Of a stretch of 64,000 nucleotides of DNA, positions 61,613 through 64,000 are shown one piece after another. The notes beneath the pieces are model-generated. The model ran no database searches. It was not told the DNA's origin and was given only the letters and a program-made list of their open reading frames with translations. This DNA comes from Thermoplasmatota archaeon (lineage in GTDB: Archaea; Thermoplasmatota; Penumbrarchaeia; Penumbrarchaeales; Penumbrarchaeaceae): contig CBDDUX010000027.1 in the NCBI GenBank assembly GCA_965234725.1, positions 1 to 64,000 of the forward strand, read 5' to 3'. A program made the position numbers and the translations under genes. Numbering within the stretch: position 1 is the stretch's first letter; each line of letters begins with the position of its first letter.

Positions 61613-61620
61613 TTACTTTT
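61583..61620 (+). terminator. Terminal hairpin with T-tract
   Basis: TGGCAGGAGAAG-gtaaaa-CTTCTCCTGCCA is a perfect 12-bp stem followed by TTACTTTT. Confidence 0.6.
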
Positions 61621-61811
61621 CCATGAAAACTATTATTCAATCAGTAATTCATGGGAAAGTCCGCTAAATGAAATATTTCATCGACGGTTTAATTTAGCTG
61701 GACCTTGAAATTACGCTGTATTTTGATATTGACGTGAGTAATTTACAAGTGGAATCATTGTTCCATGAAAACTATTATTCAATCAGTAATTCATGGGAAA
61801 GTCCGCTAAAT
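61619..61811. repeat. Two identical 51-bp direct repeats separated by 91 bp
   Basis: TTCCATGAAAACTATTATTCAATCAGTAATTCATGGGAAAGTCCGCTAAAT at 61619-61669 and 61761-61811. Confidence 0.95.
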
Positions 61812-61916
61812 CCAATCTCACCATGACCATGGATCCCATTATTGCCCTATTGCAGGTTCTGTATACTGTGGAGAGTCTTTTTATATGTCCACTTGGTTGA
61901 CCGGCCAGGTGCCAAG

Positions 61917-63080
61917 ATGTTCTCCAAGCGGATCCGCAACGTCCAGCCCTCAGGTACCGTGATGCTCTCGAACAAGGTCAAGCGATTGAAGGATCAGGGC
62001 CTCGATATTCTTTCTTTCACCCTCGGAGAACCTGATTTTACAACGCCTCCCAACATCATTGAAGCGGCAAAGAAAGCGCTGGACGATGGATTGACCCATT
62101 ACACATCCTCCTTCGGGATATCGGAACTCAGGGAGGAGGTAGCAAGATCGGTCAAGGAAAAGAATGGTATTGATTGTGATTCGGATAATGTTATAATCCT
62201 TCCAACCAAGCTAGCCCTGTATATCGCCATCCAGACATTTGTCAATCCTGGAGAACAGGTGATCTACCCCAATCCGGGATGGGTATCATACGGCCCGATG
62301 ATAACGCTTGCAAAAGGAACCCCTGTACCTGTCAGGATGCAGTATGACAATGGGTGGTACTGGGACCCAAACGATATCAAAAGCCACATCACAGAGAAGA
62401 CAAAGGCCATAATAATGAACACCCCCTCCAATCCCACAGGCTCCCTCGTATCCAGAGATATACAGAAGGAGCTCCTGGAGATCGCAGAGGAAAAGGATAT
62501 TCTGATAATCTCGGATGAGGTATACGAGAATCTTGTCTATGAAGATGAACACCACTCGATTGCATCCCTCCCAAACGCAATGGATAGGATCGTTACAGTC
62601 TCCGGATTCTCCAAGAGCTATGCAATGACAGGATGGAGAATAGGCTGGTTAGTAGCTACGAAAGAGACGGTAAAGATGGTCAACAAATTCCAACAGCATT
62701 CATTGACCTGCCTCCCTCAATTCATTCAGATGGGAGCCCTGGCCGCTCTCAAGAACGGTGGTCAATGTGTGGAGGAGATGCGGCAGGAATTCAAATGCAG
62801 AAGGGACCTGTTGATACCGTTGTTGAACGAAATAGACGGAATTTCGTGCGAGGTACCAAAAGGAGCCTTTTATGCATTCTTCAAGATGGACGTTGGATTC
62901 AAATCTATGGACCTTGCTGAAATGCTATTATACAAAGCCCATGTGGCCCTTACCCCTGGTTCAGCTTTCGGATCTGCTGGTGACGGCTTCCTCAGGATGT
63001 CCTATGCGGCATCCAGAGAAGACCTGATAGAAGGGGCAAAGAGGATCGGTGAGTTCACAAGGTCCCTCAGTAAAAAATAG
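61917..63080 (+). CDS. PLP-dependent aminotransferase class I/II (aspartate aminotransferase-like)
   Basis: Motifs GEPDFTTP, NTPSNPTG, ISDEVYE, SGFSKSYAMTGWRIG and PGSAFG...FLRMSYA. Start at ATG 61917. Confidence 0.93.
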   Translation: MFSKRIRNVQPSGTVMLSNKVKRLKDQGLDILSFTLGEPDFTTPPNIIEAAKKALDDGLTHYTSSFGISELREEVARSVKEKNGIDCDSDNVIILPTKLALYIAIQTFVNPGEQVIYPNPGWVSYGPMITLAKGTPVPVRMQYDNGWYWDPNDIKSHITEKTKAIIMNTPSNPTGSLVSRDIQKELLEIAEEKDILIISDEVYENLVYEDEHHSIASLPNAMDRIVTVSGFSKSYAMTGWRIGWLVATKETVKMVNKFQQHSLTCLPQFIQMGALAALKNGGQCVEEMRQEFKCRRDLLIPLLNEIDGISCEVPKGAFYAFFKMDVGFKSMDLAEMLLYKAHVALTPGSAFGSAGDGFLRMSYAASREDLIEGAKRIGEFTRSLSKK

Positions 63081-63084
63081 ATGT

Positions 63085-63999
63085 TCATTTCTCAATTTCT
63101 TCAGCTGTCAGGACTATCCTTCGATCTGACATGTTTTGACCATCATCCATGTTCCATTGGAGCCCTCTCAAATCGTTATTTGCATCATTGATACGGGGTC
63201 CTCTTCTTCTAATAAGTAGAATAATGATCGCAATGGCCACTATGATCCCTGTTATGGTGACGGTGATCATCCAGATATATGGCGGACCGTTTACCCTAAC
63301 CACTGAAGACCTGCTGGCTAGGTTTCCCGCACCGTCCATGACCTCAACGGTTATCGTATGGATTCCAGGTTGGAGATCTGCTGTGAAAAGAGGATCCTCC
63401 GACCAGTCCCTTAAAACCTCACCATCAACAAGAAATCTGTAATAGAGGGCCGAACCATCCTTTGATGATGATGAATCCATGGTAATGGTCCCACTGTCCG
63501 TCAGGGACCAGGAAAGCCCTGGCTTCGGGTCAACACGGTCGATCATGATAATTGCAGTTCTCTCATCCTCCTCATTTCCTGCTTCGTCAATACTTTGATA
63601 AAAAAGCTCCAAGATCCCCTCTTCGATCGAGGGATAGAAAAGACCGGTGTATTCTATGCGATCTTTATCATCGTCAGACCATCTGAAGTATGTTCTTGCA
63701 CGTTCTCCACCTTCAAGTGAGATCGAGGGCATGGAGGTGTACCAATCCCCTTCCCTGGCCCCTGCTATCGTGAGGATGGTTTCAGGAACGGTCGTATCCA
63801 CTTTCAAATTGAGGACTATTGTGTCACTTTCAAGACCGGCCAGGTCCGTTGCCTTTGCCTCGATCTGATGCTCTCCTTCGGCTACTTCCATTGACCCTTT
63901 CCATTCATCCCATCCTTCTCCATCGATGTTTGCAAGGATAGTGGCACTGCTTTGGTCGGTCCATTGGAAGGAGAGTTCCGGAACGGTCACATACCATTC
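63085..63999 (-). CDS. C-terminal part of a surface protein with Ig-like/PKD domains and TM anchor (truncated by the window edge)
   Basis: Frame open to the window end; repeated G.H.I...A.D.AG motifs; C-terminal TM plus RRR. Confidence 0.8.
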   Translation of the reverse strand, partial: EWYVTVPELSFQWTDQSSATILANIDGEGWDEWKGSMEVAEGEHQIEAKATDLAGLESDTIVLNLKVDTTVPETILTIAGAREGDWYTSMPSISLEGGERARTYFRWSDDDKDRIEYTGLFYPSIEEGILELFYQSIDEAGNEEDERTAIIMIDRVDPKPGLSWSLTDSGTITMDSSSSKDGSALYYRFLVDGEVLRDWSEDPLFTADLQPGIHTITVEVMDGAGNLASRSSVVRVNGPPYIWMITVTITGIIVAIAIIILLIRRRGPRINDANNDLRGLQWNMDDGQNMSDRRIVLTAEEIEK

Positions 64000-64000
64000 A

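Noticed and set aside
61619-61811. Mini CRISPR array
   Set aside because: Only two copies, a 51-bp repeat and a 91-bp spacer fall outside usual ranges, and no cas genes are in the window.

Overview
This 64-kb window looks like a chromosomal segment of an archaeon, most likely Thermoplasmatota. The assignment is an inference from the archaeal-type LeuRS, RAD55/KaiC-like ATPases, TATA boxes, GGUGA Shine-Dalgarno sites, double winged-helix regulators and many large TM-anchored surface proteins. Housekeeping genes include purA, pcm, an MTA/purine salvage cluster, nadE, nadC, leuS, rpe, trxB, an aminotransferase and two aconitase-family hydratases. Accessory content is mainly surface proteins (FG-GAP, NosD/beta-helix, PKD, LamG), a hicBA pair and a solitary DNA methyltransferase. 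I found no tRNA, rRNA, CRISPR array, transposase or integrase. The most striking unexplained feature is a ~860-nt intergenic region (60756-61612) that reads as a large, densely base-paired + strand RNA. It has an upstream TATA box, pairing 5' and 3' ends, nested long-range helices, about ten UUCG-type tetraloops, a candidate pseudoknot and a terminal hairpin, and it lacks the RNase P, SRP, rRNA or intron signatures I know. Other leads are a single-repeat (half) TBP fused to a zinc ribbon behind a three-hairpin leader, a second small structured RNA candidate (51279-51384), and a fused aconitase-family protein with its catalytic His replaced by Cys. All calls are by eye; no searches or folding programs were run.
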